DNA of 64,000 nucleotides from an uncultured Methanosarcinales archaeon (GTDB lineage Archaea; Nanobdellota; Nanobdellia; Woesearchaeales; DSVV01). Each line of letters begins with the position of its first letter. Position 1 is the stretch's first letter. The notes under the pieces are model-generated. The model did no database searches and was not told the origin of the DNA. It was given only the letters and a program-made list of their open reading frames with translations. A program made the position numbers and the translations under genes. Below are positions 1-9,901 of this stretch, one piece after another. Where the stretch lies: contig CAYLMH010000001.1 of assembly GCA_964385055.1 (NCBI GenBank), positions 30,111 through 94,110 of the forward strand, written 5' to 3'.

Positions 1-1
1 G

Positions 2-1654
2 ATAGCAGAAGCGCTGCATAAACAAGGGAAAAAGATTGTCACCACAAATGGAAGTTTTGATATGATCCATTATGGTCATGTATATTGTCTAGAAAAAGCA
101 AAAGAACAAGGGGATGTTTTGATTGTTGGCCTCAATAGCGATAAGTCAATTAAACAATACAAAAGCCCAGAACGCCCAATTGTTCCTGAAAAATATCGTG
201 CATTGATGCTTGCATCATTAGAATGTGTTGATTACGTTACTGTATTTGATGAAACAGTACCTATGCCTTTTATAGAGGGAATAAAACCACATATTCATGC
301 AAATAGCGGAGAATACAGTGCAGATTGCATTGAACGTCCAACTGTTGAGAAATATGGGGGAAAGATGTATGTTATCGATAAAATAGATGGCTTATCGACG
401 TCCGCACTCTACAAAAAAATAATTGAGCTAGAAACAAAAGAAAACAAAGGAAAATCGAAAAGAGATCTTGTTCTAGAGACAATAAAGAAACAAAATGGAA
501 TTCTATTTGCAGAACCGGCAATTGTCTATCGATGCCAATATAGCGGAAGAAATATTATTGCAAAGAATAGTAAATTTGCTCCAGAATACGTAGATGATCG
601 AGGGTATGTTCCTGTAGAATGGTGGATTATGTCCAAAACAGCAGCAGGAAACGAAAAGAAAAAAGAAGGAGAAGGTCTTTCTCTTGTCTACATTGAAACG
701 GAAAAAGGAACAGAGAAGATAACGTTCCAGCAGGCAGTAGAAATAGCAACTGCAGATGTGCTGGGAAATTATACAAACCAATGGCCATTGACCAAAATTC
801 TTGATATTGGCGGAGAACTAATAGAACCAAGTTTTTCAAAGGAAAAAGAAGTTCCACCTATTCCGTGCCATGTGCATTCAGGGGACATCGTGGATGGAAA
901 AGCTGCAGGACCAGGTAAATTAGAGGCATATTTCTTCCCGCCTGTAAATATCGAACCGTACAACGCGCAATTTGGAAAAACAATAACAAGACTTGGAGTA
1001 AAATCAAATGTCACAAAAGAAATGTTTGAAGAAAAACTCAAGCATTTTGGAAAGGATGATGCGATGTATGACCTCTGCAATGTGTATGAAATCAACGCAT
1101 ATGATGGATGGACATTATTGCCAGGAGTAGTGCATGCACCTGGTCCATGGACAACGTTTGAAATTCAACGCCCGCAGGATGATTTTAATCTTGCAAGTTG
1201 GCAGCTCGGCCAACGATTCAGAGAAGAAGAGTTGGAAGAAAAAAGACAATCATTACAGTTCCGTGGACTAAAAGATGAAAAAGCATTTGTGGAAGAAGTC
1301 GTCAACTGGGAAGTTTCTGTTGATCAAAAATTTAAAGAAAAGTGGTATAGGCCAAGCAAAGTAGTGGAACAAGGAGAGTGGGGAAGACGACTTCAGATTT
1401 TCTTTGATGCGTTTTATGGAGAAGCATTTGAAATAGAACCAGGAAAATCATGGACAAGAACTGCTGATGAACGACCATTTGCGGGGATTGTATGGAGCGG
1501 AAAAGGAATACTCAACGGAAATGAAATAGACGTTATGAATAATGCAAAGAAAGAGTTTTTAGTGACGCCAAAAACAGCAGTGATGATTAAAAATACAGGA
1601 ACGATTCCTCTGTTAATATATACAGTCTTTCCTATTGATGAAAAAAAGATGTGA
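2..1654 (+). CDS. Fusion of RfaE/HldE domain II-like sugar-phosphate nucleotidyltransferase (N-term) and cupin/phosphomannose-isomerase-like domain (C-term); 5' truncated by window edge
   Basis: Frame open from base 2: IAEALHKQGKKIVTTNGSFDMIHYGH (HxGH motif), LIVGLNSDKSI, RP, STS as in RfaE_dom_II. The C-terminal ~390 aa has cupin-like HVH...KLEAYFF...GVVHAPG...EIQ. Confidence 0.8.
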   Translation: MAEALHKQGKKIVTTNGSFDMIHYGHVYCLEKAKEQGDVLIVGLNSDKSIKQYKSPERPIVPEKYRALMLASLECVDYVTVFDETVPMPFIEGIKPHIHANSGEYSADCIERPTVEKYGGKMYVIDKIDGLSTSALYKKIIELETKENKGKSKRDLVLETIKKQNGILFAEPAIVYRCQYSGRNIIAKNSKFAPEYVDDRGYVPVEWWIMSKTAAGNEKKKEGEGLSLVYIETEKGTEKITFQQAVEIATADVLGNYTNQWPLTKILDIGGELIEPSFSKEKEVPPIPCHVHSGDIVDGKAAGPGKLEAYFFPPVNIEPYNAQFGKTITRLGVKSNVTKEMFEEKLKHFGKDDAMYDLCNVYEINAYDGWTLLPGVVHAPGPWTTFEIQRPQDDFNLASWQLGQRFREEELEEKRQSLQFRGLKDEKAFVEEVVNWEVSVDQKFKEKWYRPSKVVEQGEWGRRLQIFFDAFYGEAFEIEPGKSWTRTADERPFAGIVWSGKGILNGNEIDVMNNAKKEFLVTPKTAVMIKNTGTIPLLIYTVFPIDEKKM

Positions 1655-1665
1655 TGGAGTAAAAA

Positions 1666-2721
1666 ATGGGAGAAATCAATGCAACAGCATTACGACAAGC
1701 ATTTATTGACACTGCGCTTGCAGCAGATGATGCGTTAGCGCAAACAATTCCCGCAATCGCGCAAGGAATTAGTTACCGCCCACAAGTCTCACAAGCAGTT
1801 GCAGAAGTGCTAGGACCAATGGAACTAGAAACCGCTGCAGATGTAAATTCTCTTCTTGTTTCAATTGCATTGCTTGACCATCGTCTTCACGAACAAGGAA
1901 TAAGATACAACCTTGTAGGTGAAGAAAAGAAAAACAGAGACACAGCACAAAAATTAGCAGAAAGACTTCGTGCGTATGATCCTTCTGGCAATGCACCATT
2001 CGATCTTGTTATTGATCCGCTTGACAGTACGAATAATGGTCTTCACGGATTTCCACATGGATACATGCTTTCGCTATTGGAGGCACAAACAGGAACAAGC
2101 CCAGCAATTCCAAGAGCAGGTCTTGAAGAACGATTAGTAAAACCAATAATGGCGCTTGTTTCCAGCAGAACAGAAGGAGAATTATTTGTTGGAGATGGAA
2201 TAAATAACAGAGCGTATAAGATTTTATTAAATCGCGAAGGGGGAAGATGGTCATATCATGCAGCATGTCCAGAAGCTCCCCTTATTGTGGGAAGACAAAC
2301 AGAAATCGACGGCATTTCTATCAATTTTGATGATCGTGGGCATTATCATGGAACACGCCTTGCAGCATTGCAAGAACGATTTGTGCAAGGAAAACTCCTT
2401 GTTAGAATATTTGGAGCATCAGGATATCAACTTCCAAAGCTGGCAGATGCGCACAATGCAAGAGGACTAGGCGCAGCTGTTGAAGTACTAACAAAACCAC
2501 ATGACGTTATTCCTCCAGGAGTTATTCTGACAATTGCAGGAGGATATGTCAAACGCTGGGGACCAGAAGTTGCAGACTGGGCAGAAGAACAAAGAGCATT
2601 CTTCAGATATAATCCTACACGTGGATTTGAATATCACACCAGCTATGCAAACATGAATGGTGGCCTTATTGCGGGAAATAGAACAATTGTTGACAAGCTT
2701 GCAGCAGTTTTAGAGAAATAA
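1666..2721 (+). CDS. Inositol monophosphatase/FBPase (FIG) superfamily phosphatase, divergent
   Basis: VGEE, VIDPLDSTNN (DPxDxT metal motif), FGAS and PHDVIPPGVILTIAGG (variant of WDxxAGxxIxxEAGG). Confidence 0.7.
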   Translation: MGEINATALRQAFIDTALAADDALAQTIPAIAQGISYRPQVSQAVAEVLGPMELETAADVNSLLVSIALLDHRLHEQGIRYNLVGEEKKNRDTAQKLAERLRAYDPSGNAPFDLVIDPLDSTNNGLHGFPHGYMLSLLEAQTGTSPAIPRAGLEERLVKPIMALVSSRTEGELFVGDGINNRAYKILLNREGGRWSYHAACPEAPLIVGRQTEIDGISINFDDRGHYHGTRLAALQERFVQGKLLVRIFGASGYQLPKLADAHNARGLGAAVEVLTKPHDVIPPGVILTIAGGYVKRWGPEVADWAEEQRAFFRYNPTRGFEYHTSYANMNGGLIAGNRTIVDKLAAVLEK

Positions 2722-2749
2722 GTTTGATGTATTCTTTTATTTTTTTGTT

Positions 2750-3664
2750 TTATTTTTTCTTCCCCACACCTAACCATTCCATGTAATCCTTAATCCCAGC
2801 TTCCATGGTCCATTGCGGTTCATAGCCAAGCAATTGCTTTGCAAGCATCAAATCAGCCTGCGTATGTGCTTGAAAGAAATCGTATGGACAATCGAAATAT
2901 TCTGGAGGGAGATTAGTTCCTAACACATCGTTCAGAATTTCAATAATTCGGTTAAAAGAAGTGGCATTCCCTGTCGCTGCGTTCAAAATACAACTATACG
3001 GAGCTTTCATCGCGAGTTGATTCATATAGACAATGTCTTTCACATAGACATGATCTCTGCATTGATCGCCAGGAGTAAACACGCGCGGTCGTTTGCCTGC
3101 GAGCATCTGTTGAGACAACTGATAAATCATGCTGGAAAATTTATCTTTGTGCGCTTCACGAGGACCAAAAACGTTGAAATAGCGTAACCCTACAATTCGA
3201 ATCACACCATTATATTTTTTCATATATTCTTGCGCAACATGATCCATCATTACTTTAGAAAAACCATAGACATTCAGAGGTTCTAAGCTTCCATTTTCAC
3301 GATAGGGAGAAGGAGTGTTACCGTACACTGCAGCAGAGCTTGCGTAAATAATGTGCGCTTTTGTGCGAACAGCATAATCAAGAAGTCGACGAAATGCATC
3401 AACGTTGGTTTTCATCATCAGTTCTTGATCTAAAACACGAGTGTCAGAAATTGCTGCCTGATGAAAAATGTAATCAAATGTTCCAAGACTATCCCAAGCA
3501 AAGTCAAGAATACTGCCTGTATAAAATTGTCCGCGAAATCCAATCAAATTAGAAAATTGAGCGTTCTGAAAGTTATCAAGAGCAACAACATCGTGTTCTT
3601 TATCGAATGCGAGCGCAATGTTGCTTCCAATAAATCCTGCAGCGCCAGTGACTAAGATTCTCAT
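2750..3664 (-). CDS. hldD: ADP-L-glycero-D-manno-heptose 6-epimerase (HldD/RfaD-like)
   Basis: MRILVTGAAGFIGSN, FHQAAISDT, YASSAAVYGN, PLNVYGFSK, GLRYFNVFGPREAHK, FQAHTQAD. Start set at ATG 3664. Confidence 0.8.
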   Translation of the reverse strand: MRILVTGAAGFIGSNIALAFDKEHDVVALDNFQNAQFSNLIGFRGQFYTGSILDFAWDSLGTFDYIFHQAAISDTRVLDQELMMKTNVDAFRRLLDYAVRTKAHIIYASSAAVYGNTPSPYRENGSLEPLNVYGFSKVMMDHVAQEYMKKYNGVIRIVGLRYFNVFGPREAHKDKFSSMIYQLSQQMLAGKRPRVFTPGDQCRDHVYVKDIVYMNQLAMKAPYSCILNAATGNATSFNRIIEILNDVLGTNLPPEYFDCPYDFFQAHTQADLMLAKQLLGYEPQWTMEAGIKDYMEWLGVGKKK

Positions 3665-3770
3665 GAGAGAAAAGAAAAGAAATGGGCTTTTAAAGCTTGT
3701 GAAAAGGGAAGGGAAAAAGAGCTGGAGTTCCACAAGTTTTATAACACAAACAGCGATTTCTAGAGAGAGA

Positions 3771-4883
3771 ATGAGTCTCTATCAACAACTGAGAATGTGT
3801 GCAAAAAAAGGAATAGATAGTGCCTGTTTTCTCCTTCTTCTTCCATCATATTTACGACCAAAAAAAGAAATACAAAAAGAAAAGATACAAAAAATTCTCC
3901 TCATCAACCTGCAAGGAATTGGTGATGTCATAGAAACAACCCCACTCCTGACAGAACTAAGAAACACCTTCCCAAAAGCGAAGATTGACTATCTTTGTTA
4001 TAAAGAAAACGGCACGTTGTTAGAAAACGATCCCAGAATAAACAACCTCATCAAAAGGCAAAAACAAGGAGTTATGAACAGGGACTTTTTCCAAACAATA
4101 CATACTATTCAAAAAAACGAATACAATCTTGTTATCAATCTCTTTCCAGCACAACACAGTGCTCTTTTGACAATCCTGAGCAATGCAGAATACAAAATTG
4201 GAAATCTGTACAGCACCGCAAGCACAGCAAATAACCTCCAAATAAAGAAAGCAGCAAAAACATGGGATGGGAGAGAAAACTGCAAAAACATTGCTGAACA
4301 ACTACAAATCCAAATCAAAGACCCCTATCAACCAACGATAGCAATACCCGCAGTAAGAGAAAAAGCAAGACAAAAAGAAACAAAATACATTCTTCTTAAT
4401 CCACACACGCAATGGATCGCGAAACAATGGCCTATGGAAAATTGGCAGGAACTCATCAAATTCCTTCTGAAAGAAAAGAAGCAATACAACATAGCAATTA
4501 TCGGAACAAAAGCAGACAACGAGAGAACAGAGCGCATCATCAGGCAGTTTCAAAAAGAAAAGCGAGTAGAAAATTGGTGCGGAAAATATACCCTCCAAGA
4601 ACTCGCCGCAAAAATAAAAGCTGCAAAACTCATGATCACGACAGATACAGGCCCAATGCATATCGCGCTTGCGACAAAAACAAAAACAATCGGCCTGTTT
4701 GGCTGCACAGATCCAAATATCCTGGTGAAAGGGAATAAACACATCGAGACCATAAGCAGCTATGACAACTGTCCAAAACAACTGCAATTCAATCATAATA
4801 ATGAACCAGAAGATTACAACCAAACACAAATGAAAAGAATAACTGTGGAAGAAGTCATAAATGAAATAAAGCAAGTTATTTAA
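3771..4883 (+). CDS. Glycosyltransferase family 9 (heptosyltransferase-like)
   Basis: KILLINLQGIGDVI..TP, AKQWP, DTGPMHIALA, GLFG motifs. ATG 3771 follows TTTATAA at 3738-3744. Confidence 0.85.
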   Translation: MSLYQQLRMCAKKGIDSACFLLLLPSYLRPKKEIQKEKIQKILLINLQGIGDVIETTPLLTELRNTFPKAKIDYLCYKENGTLLENDPRINNLIKRQKQGVMNRDFFQTIHTIQKNEYNLVINLFPAQHSALLTILSNAEYKIGNLYSTASTANNLQIKKAAKTWDGRENCKNIAEQLQIQIKDPYQPTIAIPAVREKARQKETKYILLNPHTQWIAKQWPMENWQELIKFLLKEKKQYNIAIIGTKADNERTERIIRQFQKEKRVENWCGKYTLQELAAKIKAAKLMITTDTGPMHIALATKTKTIGLFGCTDPNILVKGNKHIETISSYDNCPKQLQFNHNNEPEDYNQTQMKRITVEEVINEIKQVI

Positions 4884-4913
4884 AAGAACAAGATAATTTA
4901 CAGGAGAGCTTGA

Positions 4914-6902
4914 TCAGACTTCTCTTTTTCTAAACGGAATACTAAATAAAAAGAGCAAGAGAAAGAAGAGAAGATAAATACTATGAAGTTGCTGTGGTTT
5001 GAAGAAGTCAAATGTCTTAGAAGAAGAAGAGCAGGGTTGACCAAGAGAAATTCCATTTCTTAGTTCCAAGACATCAAGAACATTATTACCTACGACTTCA
5101 GAACGAGAACATAACAAATCAATGTTCTGTTTATAATAAGAAATAAAAGAAGGAATAATCTCTTGACAAAGTGAAAGAGGAAGATAAACTTCGACAAAAG
5201 TGTAGGGAGTAGATAAATAATTACCCCATAAGAAAGGAAAATAGCCTAAACATTTAGATTGTGAAAGTGTATTTGTATAAGGTCTTAAGAGAGGGTAAAG
5301 AAATTCATTTTTTGGAGAAAGAATAATTATAGAAGTATTTTCCTGTTGAAAAATGACTTGAGAAAAAGTGGTGGATATTTTGTCGAGATCATACTGCCAA
5401 CGTGCTTCATAGTCTCCAGGAGAACTAATAAGACCCTTAGTAACAAGAACTTGGGCATGGAGTTCATAACCAATAGTGTCATACTCATATAAGCGATAAG
5501 TGTCAACGTTAAGAAAGTCACTCTTATTAAGATGGAGAAAAAGAGGATATGAAGAATACGCAGTATAATCATGACCAACTAAGACAGAGTCAACTTGGGG
5601 AAGGGAATAAAAGGGATAAGAAACTTCTTTCCTAACTTTATCAAGCATCTTTTGGGTATTAAAAAGAGAACCATCAGAAAAGTCTGAAAAAGTAAAGCCT
5701 GAAAAAAAAGGATAAGAAAGAAATAGAAGAAAAGTAAGAATAAGAAAGTAAGAAGTTTTTATAGCTTTAGAGTATAAGGGAAATTCCACTTTAATTTTAT
5801 ATAATAAAATGATATAAAAAGGAAAAAAGAGAAAGAAATATCGCTCTAAAACCACATGTTGCAATCCAAAAGCTATTGCTGCTTTTCCATAAAACAAAGG
5901 AAAAGAGATTCCACAAATAAATGAGTAAACATCGAACGCACCTGAGAAAAGACGAATAATAACAATAAGTAAAGCAAGATACAACAATAAATAAAATGCA
6001 TTAGGATGACTAAAGAGAAAAAAAGAATATAATACCTCAAAGAGTGAAGCAGAAGGAGGAAAATCTGCGAAAATACCATAATAATATGTAAGAAAGTTTG
6101 GATATTTTATAATAACTAGACTGTATAACAAAAAGAGAGGGAGAGAAAGATAAAAGAGGTTTCTAAACGATTCTAGAAAAGATTGCTTTTGTTCTAATTT
6201 ATAACGAAGAAACATAAACAAAAAAGCAGGTCCAACAAGGAAGAGAGTACTTGATTTGGAAAGCAGAGAAAAGGCAAATAAGAAAGATCCAAGAAATTTA
6301 AGATAAGTGCTGTCTGTATAGTAAAAGAGCAAGAAACCTGGGATAAGAAAGAAAAGAGCAACAGTTGTTGCAAAATCAAATTCTTTTAAAGTAACAAAAA
6401 GGAAGAGGAAGAGTAGGAAAAAGAAAGAGGTATCTTTTGTATATGCATATTTTATCTTGTAAAGAAAGAAAGCAACAATAGAAAGTGAAAGAAGAGAGAA
6501 TAATAAAAGTCCTAATGCAAAATTATCATCAGAAAAAACAAAACGAATAAGATAAGCTACTACATAAGTAATCGGTCCCTGAACACAATATGGATTTTCA
6601 GTGTATAATGTCCCTTGTTGCAAATAAGCCAGGCAAAATTCTTGACCAAAAAGTCGTGGGGGGGAATAGGGTTCTAACCAACCTAAAGTTAATAATCCAC
6701 TCAAAATAAGCATAAAAGAAAGAATAGACCAAAAGAAATTACAGGGACTAATTTTTAAATAGTCACGTATGAAAAAGAGAGAAAGAAGAGTAGCAAGGAA
6801 CAGAAGAATAGAAGAGAGAAATGACAATCCTAAGAAACTAAAGACTGGAATACTCAAAAATAAAAAGAATAAAGGGAATAAATAAGAGTAATAAGTAGAC
6901 AT
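4914..6902 (-). CDS. Polytopic membrane protein, GT-C-like, Cys-motif paralog family member 1
   Basis: More than 10 hydrophobic segments, FCLAYLQQGTLYTENPYCVQGP motif, LLSK motif, C-terminal soluble Cys-containing domain. Shares motifs with three other ORFs in the window. Confidence 0.65.
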   Translation of the reverse strand: MSTYYSYLFPLFFLFLSIPVFSFLGLSFLSSILLFLATLLSLFFIRDYLKISPCNFFWSILSFMLILSGLLTLGWLEPYSPPRLFGQEFCLAYLQQGTLYTENPYCVQGPITYVVAYLIRFVFSDDNFALGLLLFSLLSLSIVAFFLYKIKYAYTKDTSFFFLLFLFLFVTLKEFDFATTVALFFLIPGFLLFYYTDSTYLKFLGSFLFAFSLLSKSSTLFLVGPAFLFMFLRYKLEQKQSFLESFRNLFYLSLPLFLLYSLVIIKYPNFLTYYYGIFADFPPSASLFEVLYSFFLFSHPNAFYLLLYLALLIVIIRLFSGAFDVYSFICGISFPLFYGKAAIAFGLQHVVLERYFFLFFPFYIILLYKIKVEFPLYSKAIKTSYFLILTFLLFLSYPFFSGFTFSDFSDGSLFNTQKMLDKVRKEVSYPFYSLPQVDSVLVGHDYTAYSSYPLFLHLNKSDFLNVDTYRLYEYDTIGYELHAQVLVTKGLISSPGDYEARWQYDLDKISTTFSQVIFQQENTSIIILSPKNEFLYPLLRPYTNTLSQSKCLGYFPFLWGNYLSTPYTFVEVYLPLSLCQEIIPSFISYYKQNIDLLCSRSEVVGNNVLDVLELRNGISLGQPCSSSSKTFDFFKPQQLHSIYLLFFLLLFLFSIPFRKREV

Positions 6903-7038
6903 GGGCAAAAGGAGTAGAAGATAATTTAAATAGTTTAACCTTCGCGACAGACTTCTATGAGGAAGGAGAAATAATCGTAGGCAAAGTCCTAGTAAGAAAG
7001 GAATAAACTTTATAATAAAAACACTCCATCTAAGAAAT

Positions 7039-7758
7039 ATGACTGGAAAAGAAGAGAAAGATCATAAGATAAGCGTCATTATTCCTGTGTTTAATGAAGA
7101 AAACTGTATTTTAGAAATATATAATAAAGTAAAAGAAGCAAATATAGGAAACATAAAAAAAGAAATAATTATTGTTGATGATTGTTCTACAGACAAAACA
7201 GCAGAGAGAATAAAAGAAATAAAAGATAAAGAAGTGAAAATACTGTTCCATGAAAAGAATTATGGAAAAGGAAGAGCAATAAGAACAGGATTAAAAGAAG
7301 TCACCGGAGACATCATTATAATACAGGATGCAGACTTGGAATATGACCCAAACGATTTTCAAATACTTATAAAACCAATCCTTGAAGGAAAAGCTGAAGT
7401 GGTTTATGGATCAAGAAGACTAAACAAGGAAAATGAACAATACGCTGGACTCTCGTACTATGTTGGAGGAATAGGGCTGACCAAAATAACAAACATGTTG
7501 TACAATAGCCACCTCACCGATGAAGCAACAGGATATAAAGTATTCAAAACAGAGCTTCTTCAGAGTCTTAACCTTGAATGTGAAAGATTTGAATTTTGCC
7601 CAGAAGTAACTGCAAAAGTGCTGAGAAGAAAGAAGAACATAGTAGAAGTTCCAATTAACTATTATCCGAGAAGCATAAAGGAAGGAAAGAAGATTCGCTT
7701 TAAAGATGGCTTTGAAGCAGTCTGGACGCTACTTAAATGGCGTTGGAAAAAGTTCTAA
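7039..7758 (+). CDS. GT2 polyprenol-phosphate glycosyltransferase (DPM1-like)
   Basis: ISVIIPVFNEE, VDDCSTD, NYGKGRAIRTG, IQDADLEYDP, VYGSR, FEFCPEVTAK. Confidence 0.9.
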   Translation: MTGKEEKDHKISVIIPVFNEENCILEIYNKVKEANIGNIKKEIIIVDDCSTDKTAERIKEIKDKEVKILFHEKNYGKGRAIRTGLKEVTGDIIIIQDADLEYDPNDFQILIKPILEGKAEVVYGSRRLNKENEQYAGLSYYVGGIGLTKITNMLYNSHLTDEATGYKVFKTELLQSLNLECERFEFCPEVTAKVLRRKKNIVEVPINYYPRSIKEGKKIRFKDGFEAVWTLLKWRWKKF

Positions 7759-7760
7759 AA

Positions 7761-8333
7761 TTATTTTACTGCAATAGTTACATACGTTGTTGGTCCATTT
7801 CTATCCTTATAATTCCCAACAAAATAAAAGAGTTTGTTAAACAATTTAAGAAAAGGAAGTTTCCAAGTAATCATTTCCCAGAAAAAGAAAAACCTGTTTC
7901 CCACTTCTTTTACATCAACATGGGAAAATTCTTTACACAATTCTTTCAAACCATCTCGAGTATATCGAAAATAATCATTGGGGTCAGGATGATAAGGGTA
8001 AAGAAAAGGAGTAGAAATAATGACTGTTCCTCCTTTTTTGAGGACACGATGAATTTCTTTGAGTACCTGAGTGGGATTATGACAATGTTCGAGAAGTTCT
8101 GTTGCAACAACAGTGTCAAAAGTTCCTTTTTTGATCATAAAAAGATTGTGTGCGTCAGCAACAATATCAGGATTGTTTTCTTTATTGATGTCAACACACA
8201 AATACTCCGTGTATTGCATTTCTTTTTTATAGGGACTTTTTTTGCCGCCAAGATCAAGAACTTTTCCAAGCTTTCTTTCTCCGAGAAGAGAAGCAAGTTC
8301 CTTATCTAAAGCAATTCGTATGAGTTCTTTCAT
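7761..8333 (-). CDS. Class I SAM-dependent methyltransferase (Methyltransf_11-like)
   Basis: VLDLGG, DIVADAH, ELLEH, EIHRVLKKGG, STPFLYPYH..PNDYFRYT. Confidence 0.85.
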   Translation of the reverse strand: MKELIRIALDKELASLLGERKLGKVLDLGGKKSPYKKEMQYTEYLCVDINKENNPDIVADAHNLFMIKKGTFDTVVATELLEHCHNPTQVLKEIHRVLKKGGTVIISTPFLYPYHPDPNDYFRYTRDGLKELCKEFSHVDVKEVGNRFFFFWEMITWKLPFLKLFNKLFYFVGNYKDRNGPTTYVTIAVK

Positions 8334-8344
8334 GTTCAAAAAAT

Positions 8345-9814
8345 TTATGTACTTTTCGTCATCTGCATTTTAAGCATCATGCGTTGGGCTGAAAGTTTAA
8401 GAAGATCTTTTCCAGCAACAATGTTTCGTTTAAGATCCGCAAAGTTTCTCATTTCTTTGAGTTTTCGGACAATAAATCGGGGCCGTGTGTATAACTCAAA
8501 GTATGCTCGTCCATTCCAATAGGCGATCTCCTCTGCAGTAAGATACTTTGTCCGCACCATAGGCGTTGTCCCATGAGAAATGTGTTTTTCCCAATTCGTT
8601 GCGTCTTCCCCAACAAAAAGATTATTGTCTGCAACTTCCTTAAAGATTGGTGTTTCGAAATAAGGATTGAGAGTGTTAAAGTACGTAATATCAGCGTCAA
8701 TTTTTTTAGCGAATGCGATTGTTTGCTTAATTTCTTTTTCACTTTCCCACGGAAAGCCAATAAGGAAAGAACATTTTACTTGTATACCTACTTTTTTCGT
8801 GAGAACAACTGCGCGCTCAACCTGCTCAAGAGTAATAAATTTTTTGAGGCGATCAATACCTTCTTGATAACCACATTCAACACCAAAAATAATACTTCTA
8901 CAGCCACCTTCATACATTTTCTGTAAGATATCTTCTTTGACATTACTAACACGAGTGAGGCATTCCCAAATGACATCAATATTTCTCGCTTTTATCTCAT
9001 CACATATATCAATAACTCTTTTGTGATTAACAGTGAACTCGTCATCCTGAAAATACATGTGAGAAATACCAAAGGTTTTATTGAGGTACTCAATTTCATC
9101 AACAACAACCTTAGGGCTTCGCTGTCGCCATTTATACTGGTTCATTTGAACACTGGTGCAAAAGCCACATTGCGCAGTACAGCCACGAGAAGTAATCATC
9201 GTGGAAAATTTACGCCCGACATCTAATGCAGCATATGCCTTGTATTTATCCATAGGAAGAAGATGATATGCAGGCATGGGAAGCTCATCAAGATTTTTAA
9301 TAAGTTCCCGGGCTGGAGTTCGAACAGGCTTCTTGTTTTCATCAAGATAACAAATACCTTGTATTTTTCTATAATCCCCTTGTTTTTTTAAAATGTAATG
9401 AACAAGATCACGTGCTGTATATTCTGCTTCACCCATAATAACAAAATCAACACCTTCACGAACAACCGCTGTTTCTGGAAGAATTGTCGCGTGTGGACCA
9501 CCATAAAAGATAGTGACTTCTGGAAGCGCTTTTTTAAAATCTTTAATGAGATCCATCGTTAAAGGAAAGTTTGCAGTAACCCCCGCAGCAGCAATTATTT
9601 TTGGCTGTAATTCAGTTACTTTCTGAACAATCTCCGCATGATTCATGCCAAGAGTAAACGCATCAAGAATCTGAACAGTGTACCCTGCCTGCTCGAGAAC
9701 CGCGGCAATAGAAGCTACACCAAGAGGCGGACTTCTCGAGCTCAAGCTGTCAAGAATACCATAACTAAATGGAGGAGCAACAAAAAGAACGTCTAATTGC
9801 TTTTCTTGAGTCAT
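8345..9814 (-). CDS. B12-binding domain radical SAM enzyme (class B-like) #1
   Basis: N-terminal PPLGVASIAAVLE...GGPHAT...GEAE cobalamin-binding domain; TSRGCTAQCGFC (CxxxCxxC); FGVECG; FLIGFPWES. Confidence 0.9.
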   Translation of the reverse strand: MTQEKQLDVLFVAPPFSYGILDSLSSRSPPLGVASIAAVLEQAGYTVQILDAFTLGMNHAEIVQKVTELQPKIIAAAGVTANFPLTMDLIKDFKKALPEVTIFYGGPHATILPETAVVREGVDFVIMGEAEYTARDLVHYILKKQGDYRKIQGICYLDENKKPVRTPARELIKNLDELPMPAYHLLPMDKYKAYAALDVGRKFSTMITSRGCTAQCGFCTSVQMNQYKWRQRSPKVVVDEIEYLNKTFGISHMYFQDDEFTVNHKRVIDICDEIKARNIDVIWECLTRVSNVKEDILQKMYEGGCRSIIFGVECGYQEGIDRLKKFITLEQVERAVVLTKKVGIQVKCSFLIGFPWESEKEIKQTIAFAKKIDADITYFNTLNPYFETPIFKEVADNNLFVGEDATNWEKHISHGTTPMVRTKYLTAEEIAYWNGRAYFELYTRPRFIVRKLKEMRNFADLKRNIVAGKDLLKLSAQRMMLKMQMTKST

Positions 9815-9901
9815 AGAACAAAAAGAAGAAGTTCAGTCAATTTAAACTTTACTATGGTTCTTTGCATAAGCTTTAAATATCGCACTAAACTATCGAAATA
9901 T
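9815..9901. promoter_or_regulatory. Divergent archaeal promoter region between two radical SAM genes
   Basis: TTTAAA at 9841-9846 (about 27 nt before minus-strand ATG 9814) and TTTAAATA at 9872-9879 (about 23 nt before ATG 9902). Confidence 0.55.
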
